From NCBI GenBank assembly GCA_963720735.1, contig CAVRGL010000011.1, forward strand, positions 17,632-81,631: DNA of 64,000 nt, in the 5' to 3' direction. Shown here piece by piece: positions 17,357 to 27,500 of this stretch. The translations under genes and the position numbers were made by a program. The notes under the pieces are model-generated. The model was given only the letters and a program-made list of their open reading frames with translations. It had not been told where the DNA came from and ran no database searches. Position 1 is the stretch's first letter; each line of letters opens with the position of its first letter. Source of the DNA: an uncultured Actinomycetes bacterium. Its GTDB lineage: Bacteria > Actinomycetota > Thermoleophilia > Solirubrobacterales > 70-9.

Positions 17357-18246
17357 CCCGGGCGGGCTTCGTCGGTCTCGCCGGCCGGCCCAACGTCGGC
17401 AAGTCGACCCTGGTCAACGCGATCGTCGGCGGGCACGTCGCGATCGTCTCCGAACGCCCCCAGACGACGCGGCGAGCGGTACGCGCAGTCGCCACCGAGG
17501 TGGATGCCGGCTGGCAGCTGATCCTGGTCGACCTGCCCGGTGTGCAGAAGCCCCGGGACGTGCTGACTGAGCGAATGCAGCGCCGGGTCGAGCGCGAGCT
17601 GGCCGCATCCGACGTCGCCCTGCTGGTCCTCAACGGGGAGCAGGGCATCGGGCCCGGCGATCGCTTCATCGCCCGTGCCCTGCTCGCCGCCAACGCAGAC
17701 GTGCCGGTTGTCTGCGCCGTCAACAAGGCCGACCGCCTCAGCCCGCAGGAAACCGTCTCCGTGCTCAGCGAGGCGGCTGGGCTCGAGGTGGTCAGCGAGG
17801 TATTCCCGGTCAGCGCTCGCACCGGGACAGGCCTCGACGCGCTGGTCGCCAGATTGGCCGAGCTGATGCCCGAGAGCCCCTACCTCTACCCGCCGGGTGA
17901 GCGCAGCGACCAGCCCAGCGAGCTGCTGCTCGCGGAGCTGATCCGCGAGCAGGTTCTGAACCGGACCCGCGACGAGATCCCGCACTCGGTCGAGGTCTCG
18001 GTCACCGAGGTCTCCTCCCGCGAGGACGGACTCGTGACCGTGCGAGCCGAGATCTGGGCGGACTCGGAGTCGCAGAAGGGGATCCTGATCGGTGCGCGCG
18101 GCCGCAAGGTCGTCGAGATCGGAACGGCAGCCCGCCGCGAGCTGGAGGCGGAGCTGGGGTCGAGGGTCCACCTCGACCTCCAGGTCAAGGTGCGCCGCCA
18201 CTGGCGCCGCGACTCCTCGCTGCTCGACCGGCTCGGCATCGAGTAG
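17353..18246 (+). CDS. era: GTPase Era
   Basis: GRPNVGKSTLVNAI, DLPG and NKAD motifs plus a C-terminal KH domain. Confidence 0.95.
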   Translation: MTRAGFVGLAGRPNVGKSTLVNAIVGGHVAIVSERPQTTRRAVRAVATEVDAGWQLILVDLPGVQKPRDVLTERMQRRVERELAASDVALLVLNGEQGIGPGDRFIARALLAANADVPVVCAVNKADRLSPQETVSVLSEAAGLEVVSEVFPVSARTGTGLDALVARLAELMPESPYLYPPGERSDQPSELLLAELIREQVLNRTRDEIPHSVEVSVTEVSSREDGLVTVRAEIWADSESQKGILIGARGRKVVEIGTAARRELEAELGSRVHLDLQVKVRRHWRRDSSLLDRLGIE

Positions 18247-18263
18247 CGCAATCACCCGCCCGT

Positions 18264-18923
18264 ATGCTTGCCCGCATGCTGGATGGGCTCGAGTTCCCCG
18301 AAGACGGCCTGATCCCCTGCGTCGCCCAGGACGAGGCAACCGGGGAGGTCCTCACCCTCGCCTACATGAGCGAGGAATCGCTCCGCCTCACCGTGGAGAC
18401 GGGGGAGGTCCACTACTTCAGCCGCTCTCGTGACGAGATCTGGCACAAGGGCGCGACCTCGGGCAACACCCAGAGGGTCCGCGGGCTTCGCTACGACTGC
18501 GACGGCGACGCGATCCTCGCGCTGGTCGAGCCGGCGGGCCCCGCCTGTCACACCGGCGAGCGGAGCTGCTTCTACCGCGACCTCGGCGGCTCGGCCCCGA
18601 CCGCGCACGACGCGGCCCGGGCGGAGGGCGAGCCGGTCGCGGCCGCCTTCGAGGCCCCCGCCGTGCTCGAGCGGACGCTCCACTCCCGGGCGCAGCAGCG
18701 CCCGGCCGGCAGCTACACGGTCGAGCTGCTCGACGATCCCGGCCGGATCGGCGAGAAGGTCGCCGAGGAGGCGGAGGAGGTGGTCCGCGCCGCCCGCACG
18801 GAGAGCGACGAGCGGGTGGCCGAGGAGGCCGCCGACCTCCTCTACCATCTCGCGGTGCTGCTGGTCTCCCGGGGGGTTCCGGGGAGGGATGTGATGGGGG
18901 TGCTGAATGCCCGTCGGGACTGA
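18264..18923 (+). CDS. hisIE: bifunctional phosphoribosyl-AMP cyclohydrolase / phosphoribosyl-ATP pyrophosphatase
   Basis: The N-terminal half has ...LIPCVAQD...YFSRSR..IWHKG..SGN...CDGDA, which is HisI. The C-terminal half has ...SYTVELL...KVAEEAEEV...EAADLLYHL, which is HisE. Confidence 0.9.
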   Translation: MLARMLDGLEFPEDGLIPCVAQDEATGEVLTLAYMSEESLRLTVETGEVHYFSRSRDEIWHKGATSGNTQRVRGLRYDCDGDAILALVEPAGPACHTGERSCFYRDLGGSAPTAHDAARAEGEPVAAAFEAPAVLERTLHSRAQQRPAGSYTVELLDDPGRIGEKVAEEAEEVVRAARTESDERVAEEAADLLYHLAVLLVSRGVPGRDVMGVLNARRD

Positions 18924-20442
18924 GCCGGAGCTGCGCCTGGAACCGACCCTCGAGCAGGCCCGCGAGCTCGCGGCCGAGGGCAACGTCGTGCCGGTCCGGC
19001 TAACCGTCGTCGACGACTGCGAGACCCCGGTATCCGCATTTCTGAAGCTGGCCGGCGGCGCCGCGGCCGGTCCGTGCTTCCTACTCGAATCCGCCGAGCA
19101 GGGCCAGGTCGGGCGCTTCTCCTTTCTCGGGTTCCGGCCGAGGGCCATGCTGCGCTGGAGCGGCGGGGTGCTCTCCGAGTGGAGCGCCGCCGCCGCGGCG
19201 AACGGGGGCCCGCCGACGGGATCGCGCCAGGCACCCGACCCCTACGGCGCCCTGGCGGAGTACATGTCGGGCTTCCGCCCGGCCCCGGTGGAGGGTCTGC
19301 CGCCGTTCGCCGGCGGCGCGGTCGGCTTCTTCGGCTATGACCTGGTGCGCACCGTGGAGCCGCTCGGCGAGCCGAACCCGGACCCGCTCGGCCTGCCCGA
19401 CATGGCGCTGATGATCACCGACGTGATCCTCGCCTTCGACCACCTGCGCCACGAGCTGACGATCCTCGCCTGCGCCTTCTCCGACGACGACGGCGGAATC
19501 GATGCCGCATATGAGCGCGCCGCGGAGGAGATCGCCGATGTTCGCCGCATCCTCCGGGGCCCGGTCCCGGCCCCGGCGCAGGCCGTGGTCAGCGAGCCGC
19601 CGCGCTTCGTCTCCAACATGGAGCGCGAGGAGTTCGAGGCAGCGGTGGCGAGGATCATCCGCTACATCTACGCCGGGGACGCCTTTCAGGTGGTGCCCTC
19701 GCAACGCTTTTCGGCCGAAGCCCCCGTCGAGCCCTTCTCGATCTACCGCGGGCTGCGCGCGGTCAATCCATCGCCCTACATGTACTTCCTCGAGTTCGGC
19801 GACTGCCAGCTCGCCGGCGCCTCGCCGGAGCCCCTTGTCAAGGTCAGCGGCCGCCGGGTCGAGACGCGGCCGATCGCCGGCACCTACCCGCGGGGCGACA
19901 GCGAGGAAGCCGACCGCCGGCTCGCCGAGCGGCTCGTCAACGACCCCAAGGAGCGCGCCGAGCACGTGATGCTGGTCGATCTCAGCCGCAACGACCTGGG
20001 ACGGGTCTGCGAGTTCGGCAGCATCAGCGTCGACGAGCTGATGGTGGTCGAGACCTACTCCCACGTGCTCCACATCGTCAGCCAGGTCTCGGGCAGGCTG
20101 CGGGAGGGGATCGGGGCGATGGACGTGCTGCGCTCGGCGCTGCCGGCCGGGACCCTCTCGGGTGCGCCGAAGGTAAGGGCGATGCAGATCATCGACGAGA
20201 TGGAGAAGCACAAGCGCTGCTCCTACGGCGGCGCGATCGGCTACCTCTCCTGGGGCGGTGACCTCGACACGGCGATCCACATTCGCACCGTGGTCGTCAA
20301 GGACGGCCGCGCTCACGTCCAGGCCGGTGGCGGCACCGTCGCCGACGCCAAGCCCGCCTACGAGTACAACGAGTCGGTGAACAAGGCAAAGGCCGTCTTC
20401 AGGGCGGTCGAGATGGCCTGCGAACAGCCCGATTGGCCTTGA
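18907..20442 (+). CDS. trpE: anthranilate synthase component I
   Basis: ...FLLES...PSPYMYF...RGxYGGAIGY..., 511 aa. Overlaps the hisIE end by 17 nt. Confidence 0.95.
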   Translation: MPVGTEPELRLEPTLEQARELAAEGNVVPVRLTVVDDCETPVSAFLKLAGGAAAGPCFLLESAEQGQVGRFSFLGFRPRAMLRWSGGVLSEWSAAAAANGGPPTGSRQAPDPYGALAEYMSGFRPAPVEGLPPFAGGAVGFFGYDLVRTVEPLGEPNPDPLGLPDMALMITDVILAFDHLRHELTILACAFSDDDGGIDAAYERAAEEIADVRRILRGPVPAPAQAVVSEPPRFVSNMEREEFEAAVARIIRYIYAGDAFQVVPSQRFSAEAPVEPFSIYRGLRAVNPSPYMYFLEFGDCQLAGASPEPLVKVSGRRVETRPIAGTYPRGDSEEADRRLAERLVNDPKERAEHVMLVDLSRNDLGRVCEFGSISVDELMVVETYSHVLHIVSQVSGRLREGIGAMDVLRSALPAGTLSGAPKVRAMQIIDEMEKHKRCSYGGAIGYLSWGGDLDTAIHIRTVVVKDGRAHVQAGGGTVADAKPAYEYNESVNKAKAVFRAVEMACEQPDWP

Positions 20443-20466
20443 ATAACTCCGCCCGCATGTGACCTG

Positions 20467-21036
20467 ATGCGCGTACTGGTCATCGACAACTACGACTCCT
20501 TCACCTACAACCTGGTCCAGTACCTGGGGGAGCTCGGGGCCGAGCCGGAGGCGGTCCGCAACGACCGTGCCACGGTGGAGGAGCTGCTCTCGCGCCGGCC
20601 CGACCGCCTGGTCGTCTCCCCGGGGCCGTGCACGCCCGCGGAGGCCGGCATCTCGGTCGAAGCCGTGCGGGCCTTCGCCGAGGCCGGGACGCCCGTGCTC
20701 GGCGTCTGCCTCGGCCACCAGGCGCTGGTGGTGGCGTTCGGCGGCAGGGTGATCCAGGGCGAGCCGATCCATGGCAAGTACGCCGAGGTCAGCCACGACG
20801 GCCGGGCGGTCTACCGGGGGTTGCCAAGCCCGCTGGTCGCCGGTCGCTACCACTCGCTGATCGCCGACCCCGAGGAGATTCCGGAATCGCTGGAGGTCAC
20901 CGCCACCCACGAGGAGGTGGTGATGGGAGTGCGGCATCGCGAGCTCCCGGCAGAGGGGGTGCAGTTCCACCCCGAGTCGGTGCTCACCCCGATGGGCAAG
21001 GAGCTGCTGGCTAACTTCCTCTCTGACGGCAGATGA
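20467..21036 (+). CDS. trpG: anthranilate synthase component II (glutamine amidotransferase)
   Basis: MRVLVIDNYDSFTYNLVQYL...GVCLGHQ...QFHPES. Confidence 0.9.
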   Translation: MRVLVIDNYDSFTYNLVQYLGELGAEPEAVRNDRATVEELLSRRPDRLVVSPGPCTPAEAGISVEAVRAFAEAGTPVLGVCLGHQALVVAFGGRVIQGEPIHGKYAEVSHDGRAVYRGLPSPLVAGRYHSLIADPEEIPESLEVTATHEEVVMGVRHRELPAEGVQFHPESVLTPMGKELLANFLSDGR

Positions 21037-21072
21037 GGCCCGATCTCCAGCTCAGCCCGTAGCATCGCCGCC

Positions 21073-22107
21073 GTGCCGAACGAGATCCTCAGCCGCGCCA
21101 TCGACGCCGTCTGCGACGGTGATCACCTGACCGCCGACCACGCCTCGGCGGTGCTCGCCGAGATCATGGAGGGCCGCGCCGGCGAGGTCGAGACCGGGGC
21201 CTTCCTGGTGGCGCTGCGGGCAAAGGGAGAGACCGTTCCGGAGCTGGTCGGGTTGGCGCGGACGATGCGGTCCCTGGCTGAGCCGGTGAGCGCCGCCCGC
21301 GCCGATCTCCTCGACACGGCCGGGACCGGCGGCGGCCCCTCCACCTTCAACGTCTCGACCGCGGCGGCGCTGGTCGCAGCCGGCGCCGGCTGCGCGGTGG
21401 CCAAGCACGGCAACCGCTCCAGCACCAGCCGCTGTGGCTCCGCCGACCTGCTCGAGGCTCTCGGCGTCTCGATCGAGCTGACTCCCGGGCAGGTCGGGCG
21501 CTGCATCGACGAGATCGGCTTCGGCTTCATGTTCGCGCCCCGCCACCATCGCTCGATGGCGCACGTCGTCGGGGTCCGCAAGGCACTTGCCGTGCGGACC
21601 ATCTTCAACTTCCTTGGACCGCTCACCAACCCGGCGGGAGCGAGCCGGCAGCTCCTCGGGGTATCCGACCGGCGCTACCAGGAGACGATCGCCGAGGCCC
21701 TGGTCGGCCTGGGAAGCGAGCGGGCCCTCGTGGTAGCGGCTGAGGACGGCCTCGACGAGATCTCCGTCTCCTCGCCCACCCGCGTGATCGAGGTCAGCGA
21801 AGGGGGTACAGAGGAGTGGTTCGCCGAGCCCGAGGCCTATGGCCTCGGGCGGGCGCCGCTGGAAGCGGTCTCGGGTGGATCGCCGGAGGAGAACGCCGCC
21901 GCGGTGCGGGCGGTCCTGGAGGGCCGGGAAGGGCCGGGCGCCGATCTCATCCTGCTCAACGCGGGTGCCGCGATCTATCTCGGCGGGGGCGCCGAGGACG
22001 TCGAGGGAGGCGTGGCCGCAGCCCGCGAGGCGATCACCTCCGGGGCGGCGATGGGGGTTCTGGACCAGCTGGTCTCGACCACGGCCCAGATGGCCGCGAG
22101 CAACTAG
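21073..22107 (+). CDS. trpD: anthranilate phosphoribosyltransferase
   Basis: ...DTAGTGGG.STFNVSTAAA...KHGNRS.SS..GSADLLEALG... Confidence 0.95.
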   Translation: MPNEILSRAIDAVCDGDHLTADHASAVLAEIMEGRAGEVETGAFLVALRAKGETVPELVGLARTMRSLAEPVSAARADLLDTAGTGGGPSTFNVSTAAALVAAGAGCAVAKHGNRSSTSRCGSADLLEALGVSIELTPGQVGRCIDEIGFGFMFAPRHHRSMAHVVGVRKALAVRTIFNFLGPLTNPAGASRQLLGVSDRRYQETIAEALVGLGSERALVVAAEDGLDEISVSSPTRVIEVSEGGTEEWFAEPEAYGLGRAPLEAVSGGSPEENAAAVRAVLEGREGPGADLILLNAGAAIYLGGGAEDVEGGVAAAREAITSGAAMGVLDQLVSTTAQMAASN

Positions 22108-22122
22108 GGTTCCGGCGGTCAA

Positions 22123-22932
22123 GTGGGAATCATCGAGCAGCTCATCTCCGCAGCCCGCGAGGGAGTCGAGCGCCGGCGCGAGCAGGTGCCCGAGGCGGAG
22201 CTGGAGGCTCAGCTCCGCAGCCGGGCCGAGGACGACCGGCCGTTCGGGGAGGCGCTGGTGGCGCCCGGCCTCTCGCTGATCGCGGAGTTCAAGCGGCGCT
22301 CGCCCAGCGCAGGGGAGATCGCCCCCGCCACAGAACTCTCCGCGCAGGTCGGGGCCTACGAGCGAGGCGGCGCCGCGGCGCTCTCGATCCTCACCGACGA
22401 GGCTCATTTCGGGGGATCGCTCGACGACCTGCGGGCGGCGAGGTCCGCTTCGGGATTGCCGATCCTGCGCAAGGACATCGTCGTCGACAGCTACCAGCTC
22501 TACGAGGCCGCCGCCGGGGGCGCCGACGCGGTGCTGCTGATAGCCCGGGTGCTCGAGGACGACACCCTGGGACGGCTGCAGGCCGAGGCGGAGGCGCTCG
22601 ATCTCGACTGCCTGGTGGAGGTCCACGACACCGAGGAGCTGGAGCGTGCCCTCGAGCAGGGGGCCGAGCTGATCGGGATCAACAACCGCGACCTCGACTC
22701 GGGGGCCGTCGACGTCGGCACCACCTACGAGCTGATGCCCGACGTGCCCGCGGGGACGACGGTCGTCGCCGAGAGCGGGATCTCCGATCGCGCCCAGCTC
22801 GACGACCTGGAGCGGGTCGGGGTCGACGCAGTGCTGATCGGGGAGGCGCTGATGCGGGCCGGCGACGCGGAGTCGAAGACCCGCGAGCTGACCGGCGGCG
22901 ACGAGGGAACGCGCGAGCACCAGCTTCCCTAA
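22123..22932 (+). CDS. trpC: indole-3-glycerol-phosphate synthase
   Basis: ...LIAEFKRRSPS.G...LSILTDE.HFGGS...LRKD...GINNRDL... Confidence 0.92.
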   Translation: MGIIEQLISAAREGVERRREQVPEAELEAQLRSRAEDDRPFGEALVAPGLSLIAEFKRRSPSAGEIAPATELSAQVGAYERGGAAALSILTDEAHFGGSLDDLRAARSASGLPILRKDIVVDSYQLYEAAAGGADAVLLIARVLEDDTLGRLQAEAEALDLDCLVEVHDTEELERALEQGAELIGINNRDLDSGAVDVGTTYELMPDVPAGTTVVAESGISDRAQLDDLERVGVDAVLIGEALMRAGDAESKTRELTGGDEGTREHQLP

Positions 22933-22943
22933 CCCCCGGAAGT

Positions 22944-23206
22944 GTGTTTGCCGGCGCGGTGTTAGCGCCGGCACAGGCATGTCAGGTGGCGAAGCCGCCG
23001 CAAGTTGTTCGGTGTTTGCCGGCGCGGTGTTAGCGCCGGCACAGGCATGTCAGGTGGCGAAGCCGCCGCAAGTTGTTCGGTGTTTGCCGGCGCGGTGTTA
23101 GCGCCGGCACAGGCATGTCAGGTGGCGAAGCCGCCGCAAGTTGTTCGGTGTTTGCCGGCGCGGTGTTAGCGCCGGCACAGGCATGTCAGGTGGCGAAGCC
23201 GCCGCA
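22944..23206 (+). repeat. tandem array: 3 complete copies and 1 truncated copy of an identical 68-bp hairpin-bearing unit
   Basis: The unit GTGTTTGCCGGCGCGGTGTTAGCGCCGGCACAGGCATGTCAGGTGGCGAAGCCGCCGCAAGTTGTTCG starts at 22944, 23012, 23080 and 23148. The last copy ends after GCCGCCGCA. Confidence 0.95.
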
Positions 23207-23216
23207 GATGTGACTC

Positions 23217-23246
23217 TTTAGAAACTCTTTCGGGGTCGTTTAGAAA
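23217..23246 (+). promoter_or_regulatory. AT-rich direct repeat TTTAGAAA (x2, 22 bp apart); candidate -35/-10 pair or regulator site for the protease gene
   Basis: TTTAGA at 23217-23222 and TAGAAA at 23241-23246 are separated by 18 bp, about 33 nt upstream of ATG 23279. The stretch is unusually AT-rich for this sequence. Confidence 0.3.
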
Positions 23247-23278
23247 GCGCACAACGCTGTCTCCCATGATCTCCCGCC

Positions 23279-24508
23279 ATGGGCAGGGTCAGAGCCTTCT
23301 TTCGCACCTCCTTCGGATCCGCCGTCCTCGGCGGGGGCATCGTCGCCGCCTTCGGGCTGCTGGCGATCTCGGCCGGCTGGGTCGACAGCGACGCCGGGGG
23401 TACGACGATCTCCGCCGCGCCGCTTGCTGCCCCGGCCGTGGACACCCATAACACGGGCTCCTCCGACACGGTCCACCAGATCTATGAGCGCGATGGACAG
23501 GGGGTCGCCTTCATCCAGGCTCAGCAACCGCCGCGGCCGGCCTCTCCGTTCGACCCCTTCGGCGGGTCCGGCGGCGGCGTCGCCACCGGCTCGGGGTTCG
23601 TGATCGACACCGATGGCCACGTGCTCACCAACAACCACGTCGTCTCGGGCGCCAAGCAGATCCAGGTCAAGCTCGGCGACTCGGACACCACCTACGACGC
23701 GAAGGTCGTCGGCACGGACCCGGCCACAGACCTGGCCCTGCTGAAGATCGACGCTCCCTCCGACCAGCTGCATCCGCTGGCCCTGGGCGACTCCTCGAAG
23801 GTCGAGGTCGGTGACCCAGTGGTCGCGATCGGCAACCCCTTCGGCCTCGACCGCACCGTGACCAGCGGCATCGTGTCCGCCCTGCAGCGACAGATCCAGG
23901 CGCCCAACGGGTTCGCTATCTCCAACGTGATCCAGACCGATGCGGCGATCAATCCGGGGAACTCGGGCGGCCCGCTGATCGACGCCGCGGGACAGGTCGT
24001 CGGGATCAACTCGCAGATCGAGACAGGCGGCGGCGGTCGCGGCAACGTCGGCATCGGCTTCGCGATCCCGATCAACACCGCCCGCGACGTGGTCAGCCAG
24101 CTCGAGTCCAGTGGCAAGGTCGAGCACGCCTTCCTCGGGATCACCGGGGCGACGATCGACTCGACCCTGGCGCAGGCCGTGAACCTGCCCGTCTCCAGCG
24201 GCGTGCTCGTCCAGGAGGTGGTCCAGGGAGGCCCCGCCGACAACGCCGGGATCAAGGGCGGCGACACCTCGGCGACGATCGACGGCGCCAGCCTCAGCCT
24301 CGGCGGCGACATCATCACCGCGATCAACGGCAAGAAGGTGTCATCGATGGACCAGGTGGTCAACATCGTCAACGCCGCCAAGCCGGGCGACACGATCGAC
24401 GTCACGGTCCTGCGCGGGGGCTCGACCAAGACGGTGACGGTGACCCTCGGAGATCGCCCCAACTCAGTTCGGGACCCCTCGGCGACGCCGAGCCCCTTCG
24501 GGAACTAG
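23279..24508 (+). CDS. HtrA/DegP-like trypsin-fold serine protease with N-terminal membrane anchor and C-terminal PDZ domain
   Basis: ...GSGFVIDTDGHVLTNNHVV..., ...DLALLKI..., ...TDAAINPGNSGGPL... form the His/Asp/Ser triad. The PDZ-like tail is ...GVLVQEVVQGGPADNAGIKGGD... Confidence 0.9.
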   Translation: MGRVRAFFRTSFGSAVLGGGIVAAFGLLAISAGWVDSDAGGTTISAAPLAAPAVDTHNTGSSDTVHQIYERDGQGVAFIQAQQPPRPASPFDPFGGSGGGVATGSGFVIDTDGHVLTNNHVVSGAKQIQVKLGDSDTTYDAKVVGTDPATDLALLKIDAPSDQLHPLALGDSSKVEVGDPVVAIGNPFGLDRTVTSGIVSALQRQIQAPNGFAISNVIQTDAAINPGNSGGPLIDAAGQVVGINSQIETGGGGRGNVGIGFAIPINTARDVVSQLESSGKVEHAFLGITGATIDSTLAQAVNLPVSSGVLVQEVVQGGPADNAGIKGGDTSATIDGASLSLGGDIITAINGKKVSSMDQVVNIVNAAKPGDTIDVTVLRGGSTKTVTVTLGDRPNSVRDPSATPSPFGN

Positions 24509-24512
24509 CGGC

Positions 24513-27500
24513 CTAGCGGCCGAGGGAATTGAGGCGCTCGCGCGCCGCCCCCGCGCCCACCACGTTGCCCTTCGCAAGGTGGATCGCCTCGGCCTCGCGG
24601 GCTGCGGCGATCGCCTCATCCTGGCTCCCCCCGAGGGCGTGCACGTCAGAGAGGGCGATGAGTCCCTCGCCGTGCACTAGGGCGAACTCGCTCCCACCGG
24701 CGATGGCCACAGCCTCGGCTGCCAGATCCGAGGCCCCCCGGCAATCACCGGCTTGGGCGAGCAGCAATGCGCGGACGGTCCTGCGCTTGATCTGCCACTC
24801 AGTGTCGGCCGGGACCGGCCATCGGTCTATCTCATCGGCCAGCGCCCAGGCGTCGTCATGGCGTCCCTGGTCGTAGATGGCACGCGCCAGGTCGACCGCG
24901 ACAGTTGAGAGGAACCATTGGTCCCCGATCTCGACGAATGCCTGTTTGGCTTTCAGCAGATGCCGCTCAGCGTTGCCGGGATCGCCGCCGAGGGACTCCA
25001 CGTAGGCGCTGAGCAGGCTGTGAATGCCGGTCTGCCAATTGAGGCCGAGATCATGGGTGTGGCGAAGGCTGTCGGCGACGCGCGCTCTTGCCTGCTCGAT
25101 TTGCCCAGCAAGCGCCTCCTGGAGAGCCAGGAAGCCGTTGACGTTGGCAGCCATGATTTGGTTGCCGCGGGCATCGTCAAGGACCGTGGTCAGGCGCGCG
25201 ATCGACTCCTCCACCCGTGCCGGGCCTTCGAAAAGGCAGAGGCCGTACTCGCCGACGGCCCACGCCTCCTCCCGCTTGCTGCCCGCAACGCGGGCGTGCT
25301 CGGCGGCCCGCAGCGCCGCCTCCCCGGCCCTCACAAGCAGCCCCCTGAGATAAAGCACCTCGGCGAGTGCCGTCCAGGCGCGCGATAGCCCCTGGTCGTC
25401 TCCCTGTTGGCCCAGTGCCTCGATCGCCTCGCCCGCTTCCTCGGAGAGCGCCTCGAGATCGGCGGCACCGGGATCGGTGTAAAGGCCGACGTTGCTCCGC
25501 TTGACCTTGGCGCTCAACGCAACGGCCCGGTCGCCGATCGTCGATGCACGCCTCTCCGCCTCGGCAAGCGCCCGCTCGGCCGCGCTGAACTCGCCGACCT
25601 CGAAGAGCGCGTAGCCAAGGTCCGAGAAGTGCTGAGGCGCTTCGGAGTCGCGGGGCCCGAGCAGGGAGCAGGCCCGCTCGAGCAGCGCCGCCGCCGCGGG
25701 CATGTCGCCGCGCCCGAAGGCTCGCCGGCCCGCCATAGCCAGATGATCGGATGCACGGGATGCAAGCTCGGCGACGGCCCCCAGGTCGGATCCGGTTTCG
25801 CGCCGGTGGTGATGCGCCCTTTCGAGGTGGTGGCCGACGATCTCCGGGAACTCGCCCGCGGAGAAATGTCCTTCGACCCAATCGGCGAACCGCTCGTGCA
25901 GCTCAGCCCGCAGCGCGCCGGGCACGGCTCGGTAGGCGGCCTGCTGGATCAGGATGTGGTGAAAGCGATAGCCCTCGCCGCCGCCCGGCAAGGAGTGCGC
26001 AGGCATCAGGAGTTGCCTGCGGATCAGCGTCGCCAGGTGCCGGTGGGTGAAGGGCTCTGCTTCCTCGGGCAACAGTTCTTCGACCGCTGCTTCCCAGAAC
26101 TCCTTGCCGATCACCGCGGCGCGGTCGATCAAGGCCCGCTCCCCGGGTCCCAGGCGGTCAAGGCGCGCGTTGAGAAGCGCCTGGATCGTCGGCGGGATCG
26201 GAACTTCCCCGGCGGCCAGGCCTCCCTCGGAGAGCATCGCCACGATTTGTCCGAGGTAGAGCGGGTTGCCCTCGGCTGCTGCCAGCGCCCGCCTGCGGGT
26301 ATCAGGGTCGAAGCCCGGCGCGAGCACCGCGATCATCCGCTCAGCCTCCGAGACGGTCAACTCCTCCAGCAGGATCGAGCTGACGTTCTGCCTGCCGATT
26401 GCCCAGGTCGGACGCTCCTCGAGCAGCTCCAGTCGGGCGAGGCAGATGAGGAGCAGGGGAGACCGCCGGCCGCGCTCGGCGAGGTACTCGATCAGATCGA
26501 GCAATGTCGGCTCCGCCCAGTGGACGTCTTCGAACATCGCCACGACGGGACGGTGCTCCGCGGCCATTTCGAGCAGCCGGCGAAAGCCGACGAAGACCTC
26601 TTCCCGACTGCTCGATCCCCCGCCCTCGACCAGCGCCTCGCCGACGGCTCCGGCCAGGCGCCCGTCCTCCTCCGCGGAGGTGAGGATCTCGTCCAGAGGC
26701 TGCTCGGCGGACAGCTGCTCGATGATCTCGCGCAGGGGCCAGAAGGTGATCCCGTCGCCGTAGGGCAGGCAGCGCCCGGCGACGACGATCGCTTCGCCGC
26801 CGACTCTCGACGCCAGCTCCTGGGCTAGCCTCGACTTTCCGATACCGGGTGGGCCGAGGACGGTGACCAGCTGCGCGGCCCGCTTGCCCGCCGCCTGCTC
26901 CAGCGCCCGATGGAGGGCCGCCAGCTCTGTCTCGCGGCCGACCAGCGGAGCATCGGGCCGGCGGGTCAGCGGTGGCGGCTCGCCGGCCAGCTCGACCAGT
27001 CTCCACGCCGGCGGCGGGCCCTCGACCCGCTCGAACCGCCCGGCTCCGCCGAGCAACGCGCGGATCTCGCCGGAGACAAGGGCCTCCCCAGGAGACGCAG
27101 CCCCGACCAGCTCGGCCGCGACCCGCACCGGCTCCTCGGCCGAGATCGGCACCGGCCCGCCTGCGAGGACCTCGCCGGCGGCAAGGCCGACCCGCGGCGC
27201 CCGCGGGCGCGGTCCGCTCTCGGGGGACCGAGTCGTGAGCTCGGCCGCCGCGCGCAGGGCCCGCAGCGCGTCGTCCTCGTGCGCCAGGGGGACACCGAAG
27301 ACGGCCATCGTCCTCGTCCCCAGGACACTCTCGACGCTTCCTCCATGCTGCTCGATCACCGCCTGGGTGGCGTCCAGCTCGCACTCGTCGGCGCGACGCC
27401 GCGACTCCGGATCGGCGCTCGGTGCCGCCTCCCGCTCGATCACCATGACGGCGACGCTCTTGCGGCTCGGCGGGGGGATCGAAGCGACCTCCGCCCGGGA

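Noticed and set aside
18264-18923. Trp leader peptide or T-box/attenuator upstream of trpE
   Set aside because: trpE overlaps hisIE, so there is no intergenic space. I found no run of Trp codons in a short upstream ORF.
22944-23206. Possible CRISPR array, suggested by regularly spaced palindromic repeats
   Set aside because: The whole 68-bp period is identical in every copy, so there are no unique spacers. No cas genes are nearby. It is a tandem repeat of one unit.
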